From a virus (lineage: Duplodnaviria; Caudoviricetes): a stretch of DNA of 64,000 nucleotides. Numbering within the stretch: position 1 is the first letter of the stretch; each line of letters opens with the position of its first letter. Where the stretch lies: IMG/VR virus record IMGVR_UViG_3300027769_000023, positions 1 through 64,000 of that record; one strand, written 5' to 3'. This document shows, piece by piece, positions 15,837 to 25,925 of this stretch. Below the pieces are notes generated by a model that was not told the origin of the DNA, did no database searches, and worked only from the letters and a program-made list of their open reading frames with translations. Both the position numbers and the translations under genes were made by a program.

Positions 15837-18800
15837 ATGTCGAACCCATCTAATCTATATGCGGAAAAAGTTTATTCAGAACACCCAACTCTTTTGTGGG
15901 CCCTGGACGACACTTGCGACTACTTATCTCTACTAACTCCAATCACTTCTGACCTATCAACATGGACGGCTACAAACGGTTCTGTAGCAGAAACAACAAG
16001 CATTCCATCACAGCCATTTCTGAACAACACTTTATTTGAACTTTCTGGTGTACCGTCAGAAGAAGTTATTCAGTATACAACATTAGTCAGCCCAGACATA
16101 ATTAATATGACAGAACTAAACGATGCTTTAGATTCTTTTGCTTTTGGGCTTAATGTTTTTTCTTCTGGATCACACCTATACTCAATATCTTTAGGTTATG
16201 AGTATAACGATGTTTCAAGTGGAAGTACAATTCAAAAATTAAAAGACTTTCCAATTAACTTGTCAGATAAATGGATTTTTATATCCGAAACATTTTTAAA
16301 TCCAAATCAAAATACTACAATGAGACTTATTATTAAGATTGGATATTCTCCAAGCCCAGACGGACCAGAAGAGTATAAGTTTTTGCTTAATGGTATTAAT
16401 CTCGGTCAGTGGTCAGAAGAATTTATCTCTAGTTCATCAGGACTAACAGAACTGCAAGACTTACCCTCCGATATTGCTTTAGAAACTTGCAAGGTCGTAA
16501 ATGCAAATGCTTACGGCTTATCTTCTGGACATGGATATTATTTGTCAAAATCCAATGCTTTATCAGCAAGAAACTTTGGTGTTCCTCTTGTATATGGTGC
16601 ACTAAACTCAACAGTCTTATCTCCAAACACTAATTTAGATGGTAGCCCAAAGCCATCTTTGATAGTTCCAGGTATTGGATTTATGAATGAAAGCGGAAGA
16701 TATAAAGAGTACACTGTAGAGTTTTGGACTAGAGCAACATCTGATTCACCAAAAGCAAAAAGAATATTTGGTCCAATTTCAAATACAGACGGACTCTATG
16801 TAGATGGTGCTTTTTTAACTTTATCAGTAGGAGACCAGTTTGATTCAAAGTATGTAGGTGAGTGGGGAAGACCTATGCTAATTCAAGTCACTTACTACAA
16901 TAATAAAATGACGGTAATCTTAAACGGAGAGTCTGTCATATCTTTGACAATAAACACATCAACTTTAGAACTTCCAGCAAAATTAAATTCTAGCGGTAAA
17001 GATCAAGACTGGCTAGGATTTTATGCTTATGATGATATATATCCACTAGAAGTAGATTGCATAGCAATATATCCCTATAATGTTCCCGAGGTTGTAGCAA
17101 AAAGACGATGGACATATGGACAAGCAGTTACATCAACAGAAAGAATTAATAATCAGTATAACGGAACATCTTCGTTTATAGACTATGCATTTGCTAACTA
17201 TGATGCCAACTATAAGTATCCACAAATGGGATCTTGGAGCCAGGGAACTTTTGATAACGTTGTAACTGATGGACTATTCCTTTCCACACCGTCTTATTCA
17301 CTTCCAGACTATTACTTTGTTAACGCAACAATTGATGATTTATATCAAAGCAATAAAGACCTTCAACCAATTAACGGCCAGGCAAATGGAGTAGAAACGA
17401 ATACATTCCTTTCATTAAGTGCAGAGCAAGAGATTAATGGATACTTGAAGTTTAATAATCTTGGGATTTTGACAGAAAAGATAAAAGGTATTTTTGGAGT
17501 CTTTAAGGTTAAAGATGTTCCGACAGAAGAAGAAATTCTTTTTATATTTGAAAATAGAACAAACCTCGATACATTTAAGGTGTCCATTTTAAATCAAAAC
17601 ATAATCTATAAAATTAAGGTTAATGGAATCGAAACTACAGTTAAAACTGTTCCCTATATAACTAACGATATTTTTGCTGCTGGTTTTGATATCGACAACA
17701 TTTCTGAGTTTTTCGGTAAAGATGTTGCCACATTTTTTGGAAGTTTATCTCTTCTCACTCTTTATGTTTTAAACAACAAAACACTGTCTTCAAAATTTAA
17801 TGGAAACTTTTACAGAATGTCTTTCTCTTCACCAAGAAACTTTACATCAATTTCACAACACTTTGGACTAGATGGCGTATGCTTTGAGCACGGGAATCTA
17901 GTAGATCATATTGCAAGTTATACTCTTATTCCAACAATAGAATATGAAAAGTTTTACTTAGATGTTGGTGTTTCTGGATATTGGGAAGACTACATTCCTT
18001 TATCTTATTTTGCAAAATATATTAAAGATGCATCTGGCAAAGATCGATATGATTTAGACTTTATACAGTTCAATATAGACTACCCATCTCCGTCTGTTTT
18101 TAAGACAGTTAGTGAGGTCAATAGTTGGACATACAGAGAGTTAAACGAACAGTTTGCAGATCCAGTTCAGCAAACATACGAAGTGCTAGATAATTCTTTA
18201 TACACTGGATATCAGGACTACGATGATTTGTCTAAAAACAGATCATTGCTTAATTATGAATACAACACTGCAGACTCTATAGTGAGGTCTTATGTTTCTT
18301 TTCAGTTTGTTGCAGATGGGGCAAATAAATTTTATACAGACTTTAGCAATACTGCTCCTGCATTAAAAGCAGGGATTATTGATATAGAGGGTGGACTTGA
18401 ATGGCAAAACACCAAGTATGAAGTTGTTAACGATACAATAATCTATCCACCAAAAAGTGTTGACTTTAATGATCTTGCTATCGTCACCCACCTTGAATTT
18501 AAGCATAGAGGTATTCTTGGTAAGCAAGTAAAACTAAGATCTTTGGAGTTTGCTTCTCAATCACTTAATGAGACATCTGCAAATCCAATTGGAACAAAGT
18601 TTGGAAAAGATATTTTCCCATATACAAAATCTGGAATATACTATGACTATAAATCAAAGAACCCTATTAGTATTTATAAAAAAAGCACACCATATTTATA
18701 TCTAACAAGATATAGCGGAATTCAGGTCCGTGGTGACTTTGATCCATTTGTTAATAGAGGAATAAGCATTCCCATTAATTCAAATAAAACAGAAGAGTAT

Positions 18801-19463
18801 CGGGTAAACTCTATTCAACTTGCTTTGAGATATGACAATAACTCATTTCCAGTTACACCATATGAGATATTTGAAATAAAAGACTCACAATCAACTATTA
18901 AGTTTTTTATGGTTGCCAACAGTCCTTCTGGAGATAGAGCAAAGATTTATGCAGTAAATGCACAAACAGGAAAAGTTCAAGATGGAATTTCTTATTATAT
19001 TAATGGACAGTTGGTTTCATACCCAGTAATTACAATTAAACAATGGGCATTCCTTGGAATTTCTTTTGGATCTCCGTTATCATTTTCTGGTTACTCTGGC
19101 TACATAAACTTAAACGGTTCAATGCTTTTTAATCATGTGTCTTATTATCAAATGACAAGCCTACAACAGAAGCAAAGTTTCTCTTATAGAATTTGGGATG
19201 AGGTAAAGGAGCAGTATGTTCCAGGTGACCCAACCCCAGTTCCATTCCAGTGGGATTATTGGAATGCAGCATATATCTGGTTTTCTGTCTTAGTAAGATC
19301 TTCATCTTTTTCTTATGGAATCACCCCAGGAGATATCTACAGGACATATATAGGCACTAATAAGATTATTATTGATAGTGAAAAGACTTTTAGGCTTTCT
19401 AATGACCCAGTTTCTGTATATACAGAGTCATCATGGAAGCAATACATATCCTCTCCTCTCTAA
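15837..19463 (+). CDS. Large probable virion protein (beta-rich, LamG/ConA-like segments)
   Basis: 1208 aa, aromatic- and Ser/Thr-rich, YTVEFW..., W...LI.VTY motifs; no enzyme motif seen. Confidence 0.5.
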   Translation: MSNPSNLYAEKVYSEHPTLLWALDDTCDYLSLLTPITSDLSTWTATNGSVAETTSIPSQPFLNNTLFELSGVPSEEVIQYTTLVSPDIINMTELNDALDSFAFGLNVFSSGSHLYSISLGYEYNDVSSGSTIQKLKDFPINLSDKWIFISETFLNPNQNTTMRLIIKIGYSPSPDGPEEYKFLLNGINLGQWSEEFISSSSGLTELQDLPSDIALETCKVVNANAYGLSSGHGYYLSKSNALSARNFGVPLVYGALNSTVLSPNTNLDGSPKPSLIVPGIGFMNESGRYKEYTVEFWTRATSDSPKAKRIFGPISNTDGLYVDGAFLTLSVGDQFDSKYVGEWGRPMLIQVTYYNNKMTVILNGESVISLTINTSTLELPAKLNSSGKDQDWLGFYAYDDIYPLEVDCIAIYPYNVPEVVAKRRWTYGQAVTSTERINNQYNGTSSFIDYAFANYDANYKYPQMGSWSQGTFDNVVTDGLFLSTPSYSLPDYYFVNATIDDLYQSNKDLQPINGQANGVETNTFLSLSAEQEINGYLKFNNLGILTEKIKGIFGVFKVKDVPTEEEILFIFENRTNLDTFKVSILNQNIIYKIKVNGIETTVKTVPYITNDIFAAGFDIDNISEFFGKDVATFFGSLSLLTLYVLNNKTLSSKFNGNFYRMSFSSPRNFTSISQHFGLDGVCFEHGNLVDHIASYTLIPTIEYEKFYLDVGVSGYWEDYIPLSYFAKYIKDASGKDRYDLDFIQFNIDYPSPSVFKTVSEVNSWTYRELNEQFADPVQQTYEVLDNSLYTGYQDYDDLSKNRSLLNYEYNTADSIVRSYVSFQFVADGANKFYTDFSNTAPALKAGIIDIEGGLEWQNTKYEVVNDTIIYPPKSVDFNDLAIVTHLEFKHRGILGKQVKLRSLEFASQSLNETSANPIGTKFGKDIFPYTKSGIYYDYKSKNPISIYKKSTPYLYLTRYSGIQVRGDFDPFVNRGISIPINSNKTEEYRVNSIQLALRYDNNSFPVTPYEIFEIKDSQSTIKFFMVANSPSGDRAKIYAVNAQTGKVQDGISYYINGQLVSYPVITIKQWAFLGISFGSPLSFSGYSGYINLNGSMLFNHVSYYQMTSLQQKQSFSYRIWDEVKEQYVPGDPTPVPFQWDYWNAAYIWFSVLVRSSSFSYGITPGDIYRTYIGTNKIIIDSEKTFRLSNDPVSVYTESSWKQYISSPL

Positions 19464-19465
19464 TA

Positions 19466-19474
19466 TGGTATACT
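19466..19474 (+). promoter_or_regulatory. Extended -10 promoter (TGGTATACT), near-leaderless
   Basis: ATG 19482 lies 7 nt downstream. ATG 19476 is too close to the -10 to be transcribed. Confidence 0.65.
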
Positions 19475-19481
19475 TATGGTT

Positions 19482-19886
19482 ATGAATATTGAAAATCCAA
19501 AGAAAAAGCGCAAAGCATTGCCCAAAATGAAAGGGCAAATCGGGGAATCCAAAGTAAAGGTTATTGAAAAACACTATGAGTGGGGCCTGTATGTTTACAA
19601 AAAGGCTAATGGAAAATGGTTTACAGACGGAACGGGATCAATTTTAAATATTGAATCCATGAAAGGCGACATTCTTCAGATCTCAAAACTTAAAGATGCT
19701 GCAAGGTATTATGGTGATGAAGGAGACGGAGAGTGCATCTTCGTTCCAGGACTAACAAGAATCTCAGAAGAAGAATACTCTGAGCAAAAGCAAAGACTTT
19801 CAGAAGGACTTATTCCTTCTATGAACGACCTTGGTGCAGTTCAAGCAGCCAAAGACACTATATCGAAATATGGAAGTGATGACTAA
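19482..19886 (+). CDS. Hypothetical protein preceding the portal
   Basis: Basic N-terminus; TAATG-coupled to the portal gene. Confidence 0.7.
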   Translation: MNIENPKKKRKALPKMKGQIGESKVKVIEKHYEWGLYVYKKANGKWFTDGTGSILNIESMKGDILQISKLKDAARYYGDEGDGECIFVPGLTRISEEEYSEQKQRLSEGLIPSMNDLGAVQAAKDTISKYGSDD

Positions 19887-21496
19887 TGAGTGATGAAAGA
19901 GAATATAGAATTGGTGCAAGAATTGACGATTTGCCAAAAGCAGACGATACATTTCAGAAACAAGATCCATTTAACAAGAGTTGGGATGAACTCAAAAACC
20001 TAAATGGATTAGACAACAACTTTAAAAGACGTGCTTCAAGAATTGTAAAAGCAGAAGCCCCACAAGCATACATTGATAATGCCCTTGCAGTTAGTTCTGG
20101 TATTGGTGGAGCAAAATCAAAAGAGATTAATCCAGGAGTTTTATATCATAACGCATATGGGTTGTTTGATGTTATTACTCCACCATGGAACCTATACGAA
20201 CTTGCAAACTTTTATGACACTTCGTTTGCAAACCATGCAGCCATTGATGCAAAAGTAGAGAACATTGTTGGACTAGGTTATGACTTTGAGATCTCGCCAA
20301 GAACAATGCTTAAACTTGAAACTGCAGAAAAGGGTACGGCAGAAAAAGCAAGAAAAAGAATTGAAAGAGCAAAAATTGAAGTTCGTGATTGGCTTGAAAG
20401 CCTTAATAGTGATGACTCATTTACTTCTTCAATGGAAAAGGTTTATACAGATCTTCAGGCAACTGGAAACGGGTACCTTGAAATTGGTAGAACAACTCGT
20501 GGTGAAATTGGGTATGTTGGACACATACCAGCAACAACAGTAAGAGTCAGACGACTAAGAGATGGCTTTGTTCAGGTAATTGGAAACAAGGTTGTTTACT
20601 TTAGAAACTTTGGTGCAACCAACGTTAACCCACTTGGAACAGACGGAAGGCCAAATGAGATTATTCATTTTAAGTCTTACTCTCCACTAAACACATTCTA
20701 TGGTGTTCCAGACATTATTTCTGCCATCAACTCTTTACATGGAGATTCTCTAGCCTCACAATATAACATCGACTTCTTTAGCAACAAGGCTGTGCCAAGA
20801 TATGTGGTTACATTAAAGGGTGCAAAGTTATCTGCAGAAGCAGAAGATAAAATGTTTAGATTTCTGCAAACTGGTCTTAAGGGTCAGAACCATAGAACGC
20901 TATACATCCCTCTTCCTGCTGACTCAGATACAAACAAGGTTGAGTTTAAGATGGAGCCAATTGAAAATGGAATTCAAGAAGGTTCATTTAAGGAATATCG
21001 TAAACAAAACCGTGACGACATCTTAGTTGCACACCAGGTTCCACTATCAAAACTTGGCGGGGGAGACTCAGGGTCTATCGCAGCAGCCTTAGCACAAGAT
21101 AGAACATTCAAGGAGCAGGTTGCAAGACCATCTCAGAGACAACTTGAGAAAATGATTAATAAGGTCATTCGTGAAAGAACAGATATCCTTGAATTTAAGT
21201 TCAATGAACTGACTTTGACAGATGAGATTGCTCAATCACAGATTCTTGAAAGATATGTAAAGAATCAGATTATGCTTCCTAATGAGGCACGTTCAGCATT
21301 GGGTATGCCACAAAGAGAAGGTGGGGATGATCCTCTAGATTTGAAACCTCAGCAAGCAGCAGAGGCAACCACTACTCGTGCAAGAGATGCAGAAAGAGTT
21401 AACAATAACTCCGATAGTACATCAACAGTTGCTGGAAGAAATCCAAAGGGTGAAGGTCGTAAAGTTGACGAAGAGCCCGATATGTCCACATTGTGA
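19886..21496 (+). CDS. Portal protein (PBSX/HK97-like)
   Basis: TGNGYLEI.R, HIPA.TVR, EIIHF...YGVP, N.AVPRY..., RDDIL.AHQVP...LG; first gene of the head module. Confidence 0.9.
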   Translation: MSDEREYRIGARIDDLPKADDTFQKQDPFNKSWDELKNLNGLDNNFKRRASRIVKAEAPQAYIDNALAVSSGIGGAKSKEINPGVLYHNAYGLFDVITPPWNLYELANFYDTSFANHAAIDAKVENIVGLGYDFEISPRTMLKLETAEKGTAEKARKRIERAKIEVRDWLESLNSDDSFTSSMEKVYTDLQATGNGYLEIGRTTRGEIGYVGHIPATTVRVRRLRDGFVQVIGNKVVYFRNFGATNVNPLGTDGRPNEIIHFKSYSPLNTFYGVPDIISAINSLHGDSLASQYNIDFFSNKAVPRYVVTLKGAKLSAEAEDKMFRFLQTGLKGQNHRTLYIPLPADSDTNKVEFKMEPIENGIQEGSFKEYRKQNRDDILVAHQVPLSKLGGGDSGSIAAALAQDRTFKEQVARPSQRQLEKMINKVIRERTDILEFKFNELTLTDEIAQSQILERYVKNQIMLPNEARSALGMPQREGGDDPLDLKPQQAAEATTTRARDAERVNNNSDSTSTVAGRNPKGEGRKVDEEPDMSTL

Positions 21497-21522
21497 TATA
21501 ATTAGAAAAAGGGGTTTATAAT
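21494..21522 (+). promoter_or_regulatory. Tandem -10 elements upstream of the protease
   Basis: TGATATAAT 21494-21502 (TGA is the portal stop) and TATAAT 21517-21522. In-frame GTG 21529 lies 6 nt after the second. Confidence 0.6.
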
Positions 21523-21525
21523 ATA

Positions 21526-22872
21526 ATGGTGAGCAATATAACTAAAGCCCATTGGAATTCAGATGGGGAGAATTTGCGTCTTTCTATGCCACTTACAAAA
21601 GTGGATAAGGATCGTCGTATCGTTTCTGGTTTTGCATCTTTGGATAATGTCGACAAACAAGATGACATTGTAACAGCAGAAGCATCAATGAATGCCTTTG
21701 CAAAATTCAGAGGGAACATCAGAGAAATGCATCAACCATTAGCAGTAGGAAAGATGGTCTCTTTTAAAGAAGATAAATACTTTGATCCAGAAACAAAAAC
21801 AATGTACAAAGGTGTTTTTGTATCAGCATATGTTTCAAAGGGTGCACAGGATACATGGGAAAAGGTTCTTGACGGAACATTAACTGGATTTTCAATTGGT
21901 GGAAGAATGAACAAGTGGGACGACGCATATGATGAGAAATCAGATAAGTCAATTAGAGTTATTAAGGAATATGATTTGGTAGAGTTGAGTCTTGTAGATT
22001 CCCCTGCTAATCAGTTTGCAAATATTTTATCTGTTGAAAAGGTAGACGGAGTAGATGTTATTAAAGGTGACGAAACACTTTTAGAAAACGTATTTTGGGA
22101 CAAAGAATCTGGACTAGTAATGGTTTCAGAAAATGAAGCAGAGGCAAGCCCCACCACAGGAGAGCCAATGGCTAATATAGGGTTCGTTGAAAAAACGGAT
22201 ATTGACAAAACAAATATGATAAAGTTCTTAGTTGATAGTGCTAAAGGCATTAATACTTCTAAGATGAACAAGGAGGAAAACCTTATGGCAAAAGCAACAA
22301 AGCAGACAGAAGAAATCGTAGAGAAGACTGATGTCGTAGTTGAAGATGTACAGGTCGCTCCAGAGGCAGATGCGAAAGCAGATGTAGTAGAGACTACAAC
22401 AGAGGAAGTTTTAACAGAGAAGGCAGCAATGCCAGCACCTGCTAAAGAAGAGACTGATGAAGATGATGCTGCAGAAACTCCAGCAGATGAAGAGGCAGAG
22501 GCTAAGAAGCCAATGGCTCCTAAGTCAGATGAGGTAACTACTGATGTAGTTCCAGAAACAAATGACGGTCTTGAAAAAGCCTTTAGCGATCTAGTGTTAA
22601 CAGTTAAATCTTTGCAGGCAGAAGTAGAACTTCTAAAGTCTTCAAAGGTTGATATTGAAACAGCAAAAAGTTCATTTGATGCAGTAGCAAAAGACATTGC
22701 AACAGCAGCAATTGAGTTCAATGAATTTGGTAAGCGAGTAGATGCAATTGAAGCAGACACGGCTTTCCGAAAGTCTGGCGATCTCGGCGAGATTGTACAG
22801 GATCAACCTGAAATGGTTGAAAAATCCCTATGGGGCGGTAGTTTCCTCAAAACAGCCGATCTATTCATTTAG
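21526..22872 (+). CDS. Prohead protease (HK97/S78-like) fused to an acidic scaffold-like C-terminus
   Basis: GFAS...DKQDD, EMH, LTGFSIGG, ELSLVDSPAN; the start may be GTG 21529. Confidence 0.85.
   Translation: MVSNITKAHWNSDGENLRLSMPLTKVDKDRRIVSGFASLDNVDKQDDIVTAEASMNAFAKFRGNIREMHQPLAVGKMVSFKEDKYFDPETKTMYKGVFVSAYVSKGAQDTWEKVLDGTLTGFSIGGRMNKWDDAYDEKSDKSIRVIKEYDLVELSLVDSPANQFANILSVEKVDGVDVIKGDETLLENVFWDKESGLVMVSENEAEASPTTGEPMANIGFVEKTDIDKTNMIKFLVDSAKGINTSKMNKEENLMAKATKQTEEIVEKTDVVVEDVQVAPEADAKADVVETTTEEVLTEKAAMPAPAKEETDEDDAAETPADEEAEAKKPMAPKSDEVTTDVVPETNDGLEKAFSDLVLTVKSLQAEVELLKSSKVDIETAKSSFDAVAKDIATAAIEFNEFGKRVDAIEADTAFRKSGDLGEIVQDQPEMVEKSLWGGSFLKTADLFI
22285..22872 (+). CDS. Probable nested, in-frame scaffolding protein (195 aa)
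   Basis: Perfect AGGAGG at 22271-22276 before in-frame ATG 22285 (Met254), at the boundary of the acidic/coiled-coil region. Confidence 0.55.
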   Translation: MAKATKQTEEIVEKTDVVVEDVQVAPEADAKADVVETTTEEVLTEKAAMPAPAKEETDEDDAAETPADEEAEAKKPMAPKSDEVTTDVVPETNDGLEKAFSDLVLTVKSLQAEVELLKSSKVDIETAKSSFDAVAKDIATAAIEFNEFGKRVDAIEADTAFRKSGDLGEIVQDQPEMVEKSLWGGSFLKTADLFI

Positions 22873-22895
22873 AAAAAATCACAGGAGGTGACAAT

Positions 22896-24044
22896 ATGTC
22901 GGAACAAAATATAGAAAAGAACCAGCCAGGTACCTCAGGTAACATTGGCGGAACAGCACCAGGACTCTACCAGGGTCAGGGAGCGTTCGCATCAGGTTCA
23001 GCAGCAGGCGATAACGTACCAGGCAATTACGGTAACGGTGGAGTTCTAGGAAACCTAGACACATCACTTAACGGAATTACATCAGGTCCAAACGCAGTAA
23101 ACCCTTCAGGTGAGGCTGGAAGCGGAATTCTCCGCCCAGAGCAAGCACGTCGTTTTATTGACTACGTGTGGGATGCTACAACCCTCGCCCAAGATGGTCG
23201 TCGTGTTACTATGAGAGCCAACACAATGGAACTCGAAAAGGTAAACGTCGGAGAGCGTGTAATTCGTGCAGCAGCGCAAGCAGTTGGCGATTATACAAAC
23301 GCAGGAGCAACATTCTCAAAGGTTGAATTGACTACAAAGAAGATTCGTCTTGACTGGGAAGTTGCTGCAGAAGCACTAGAAGATAATATCGAAGGTGCAC
23401 AACTAGAAGATCACATTGTCCGTTTGATGACAAATGCTTTTGGTAATGATATCGAAGACCTAGCCATTAATGGTTTGGGTTCAGGCAGCGATGCATTCCT
23501 TGGAATCATGGAAGGCTTCGTAAACCGTGTAAAGACAGACGGAGATGCTCACGAGTCAGTTGTAACAGTCGCTAATAACGCTTGGACAACAGACGTAATG
23601 CAGAACATCATCACAGCAATGCCACGTAAGTATCGTGCTATCAAGTCTAACTTGAAGTTCTATGCTGGTACAGACGCATTCCAAGGAATCGTTAAGAATA
23701 ACGGAACCCTTGCAGACGCTGTTGCTGAAGCATTTGCTTCACAGGCTGGCGGAACACCACTCAATCGTCAAGCATACCTTGATGGTGGCGGACAGACATT
23801 CGGTGGAGCACGTACAACACGTGTCCTAGGTGTCGATGTTCAGGAAGTTCCATACTACCCTGCAGGATATGTCGACTTGACATTCCCACAGAACCGTGTA
23901 TGGGGATTCCAGCGTGACATTACAGTAAACCGTGAATACAAGCCAAAGAAGGACACTGTAGAATACACAGTCTTCGTTCGCTTCGGTATTCAATGGGAAG
24001 AGCAGGATGCAATTGCATTCGCTGACGCTGCTGCAGATGCATAA
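22896..24044 (+). CDS. Major capsid protein (HK97 fold)
   Basis: GILRPEQARRF, VELTTKKIRLDWEV..EALEDNIEG, R..GFQRDITV.RE; GGAGGTG SD; highly expressed codon style; followed by a terminator. Confidence 0.9.
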   Translation: MSEQNIEKNQPGTSGNIGGTAPGLYQGQGAFASGSAAGDNVPGNYGNGGVLGNLDTSLNGITSGPNAVNPSGEAGSGILRPEQARRFIDYVWDATTLAQDGRRVTMRANTMELEKVNVGERVIRAAAQAVGDYTNAGATFSKVELTTKKIRLDWEVAAEALEDNIEGAQLEDHIVRLMTNAFGNDIEDLAINGLGSGSDAFLGIMEGFVNRVKTDGDAHESVVTVANNAWTTDVMQNIITAMPRKYRAIKSNLKFYAGTDAFQGIVKNNGTLADAVAEAFASQAGGTPLNRQAYLDGGGQTFGGARTTRVLGVDVQEVPYYPAGYVDLTFPQNRVWGFQRDITVNREYKPKKDTVEYTVFVRFGIQWEEQDAIAFADAAADA

Positions 24045-24065
24045 TCTGTAAACAGTACCTTTAAT

Positions 24066-24103
24066 GGGGGGCGGGAGTTCACTCTCCTGCCCCCTTATTA
24101 TTT
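24066..24103 (+). terminator. Intrinsic terminator after the capsid gene
   Basis: GC-rich GGGGGCGGGAG / CTCCTGCCCCC stem followed by TTATTATTT. Confidence 0.8.
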
Positions 24104-24107
24104 ATAA

Positions 24108-24116
24108 TGATATAAT
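24108..24116 (+). promoter_or_regulatory. Extended -10 promoter (TGATATAAT)
   Basis: Immediately after the terminator; AGGAGG SD; ATG 24137. Confidence 0.75.
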
Positions 24117-24136
24117 ACTATTTAGGAGGAAATACA

Positions 24137-24571
24137 ATGGAAAATAATTTTAACAATCAAGAAACTCCAAAGGTTGAAGAGCCTGCAATTAAAGCACCAG
24201 AGGTTGCAGTAGAAACAGCAGTTGTAGTAGAAGAAAAAGTAGAAGCAGTTGTAGAAACAAAGGTTGAGGATGTCATTAAGGCACCCGCCTACTCTGCACC
24301 TGTTGAGCAAGTTCCAGCCTTAGCACCAGTTGCTAATGGTGTCATTGGTACAGGAACAGCAGACAAACCAGTAAAAAAGGTTTCAACTCCAAAGCCAGCA
24401 AAGGAAGATACAGTGGCAATCAAGTCAACCAAGAACGTAACTTGGATTGGCGTAGGTAAGATTTCTAAGGGAATCAACATTGTTTCTAAGTCAGAGGCAG
24501 CAGAATGGCTTACACGTGATCACGTAACTAAGGTAGAACCAGAAGAAGTTGCGAAGGAATTCGGTAAGTAA
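24137..24571 (+). CDS. Hypothetical head-associated protein
   Basis: Glu/Val/Pro-rich N-terminal half and a compact C-terminal domain; position after the capsid gene. Confidence 0.6.
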   Translation: MENNFNNQETPKVEEPAIKAPEVAVETAVVVEEKVEAVVETKVEDVIKAPAYSAPVEQVPALAPVANGVIGTGTADKPVKKVSTPKPAKEDTVAIKSTKNVTWIGVGKISKGINIVSKSEAAEWLTRDHVTKVEPEEVAKEFGK

Positions 24572-24573
24572 AA

Positions 24574-25476
24574 ATGGAGGTTTTGAGAGTTCCACCTTAT
24601 CCCCTTGTACCAATATGGACTGTTTCATCAGCAAATGCTCCATATACTATGTACATTGAGGATCTGGTGGATCACTCAATAGAAACCCTAGAGTTAACAT
24701 CAACAGCACTATCTCAAGTTTCATACACCTTTCCAATTGAAAAGGCACAGTATGACAGAAAGTTCTTTGTAAAAATTGTTGATGATAATGGCCATAGTGA
24801 AATTGAAGAAAATCTAGATATTTTAAGACCATACATAGACCCTAAAAAATTAGGTACATCAGCAACAGAAATTCAAGAATACAAGATATTAGAACTCATT
24901 GCTAGATCAGTTATTGACAATATCATTCCAAGTGGTTTTTACAACACAAAAAGTATCCTACAGGGTGTAGGTAATAATACAGACTATTTCCCAGTCTGGA
25001 AAGAAACAAACAAAATTTTAAAAGTTTATCAAAACAATATATTAGTTTACGATGTTGCATCTGAAACGAATGAATACTCATACTCTTTGACTCTTGATAA
25101 CTCAGCAATACAGAGAACTTTTGTTGGAGGATACAACCGTGCAGAGTCTGCCATTATGCAAACTCCTTATGCTCAAGGAGATCTTGGCTATTATGGATTT
25201 AGTGGTGTGGCATTTCCAGCAGGAGTAGACTATACATTTATATTAGACACTGGATACAAAGCAGTGCCAGCAGATATTGAGCAAGCAACAAAGATTTTGA
25301 TTGAAGATATTAAGTGCGGGAACTTAGACTATTACAAGAGATTTACAAAGAACTATCAGACAGATCAGTTTAAAGTAGAGTTCTCAGAAAAACTATTTAG
25401 CGGAACTGGGAACCTGCTTGTTGATAAAATACTAGACAAGTATTCAAATACAATACTACGACCAGGGTTGATATAA
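24574..25476 (+). CDS. Head-tail adaptor (connector) protein
   Basis: YTFILDTGYKAVPADIEQATKILIEDI adaptor-like motif; synteny. Confidence 0.65.
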   Translation: MEVLRVPPYPLVPIWTVSSANAPYTMYIEDLVDHSIETLELTSTALSQVSYTFPIEKAQYDRKFFVKIVDDNGHSEIEENLDILRPYIDPKKLGTSATEIQEYKILELIARSVIDNIIPSGFYNTKSILQGVGNNTDYFPVWKETNKILKVYQNNILVYDVASETNEYSYSLTLDNSAIQRTFVGGYNRAESAIMQTPYAQGDLGYYGFSGVAFPAGVDYTFILDTGYKAVPADIEQATKILIEDIKCGNLDYYKRFTKNYQTDQFKVEFSEKLFSGTGNLLVDKILDKYSNTILRPGLI

Positions 25477-25925
25477 TGTCATGCGATTCACCATCTGCTA
25501 TATATCCAATGCTTGTTGACATATACTATGCTGGTGTAAGCCAAGGAACTTATGGTAATGTAAAGAAGCAGTGGATGTTTTCAAAATCAGTTCCATGCTA
25601 TTTTGCACATGCAGGATTAAAGAATAAAGAAGAGTTTAGAACAAACACTGTTGCAATTACTCAGGACACCACACTGCTTGGAAGAACAGCCTCAGACATA
25701 AGATTTTCTGAACTAGGAGATAGCACATCTAGCAACAACGTATTGCTTACAAATATTCGTGATTCTTCTGGAAGCCCAATATATGTTGAGCCTGCTGGAG
25801 AAAGAGTTGGAAAGTCAACCCTATTTGAAATAGCATCAGTTGCCCCAACAATTGGTATGTTTGGAAAAGTAGAATACTACAAGATTGTCTTGCGTAGATC
25901 TGATAACCAGGCGGTAGACCTATAA
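25476..25925 (+). CDS. Head-closure/stopper protein
   Basis: Synteny, size and beta-rich pattern. Confidence 0.55.
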   Translation: MSCDSPSAIYPMLVDIYYAGVSQGTYGNVKKQWMFSKSVPCYFAHAGLKNKEEFRTNTVAITQDTTLLGRTASDIRFSELGDSTSSNNVLLTNIRDSSGSPIYVEPAGERVGKSTLFEIASVAPTIGMFGKVEYYKIVLRRSDNQAVDL

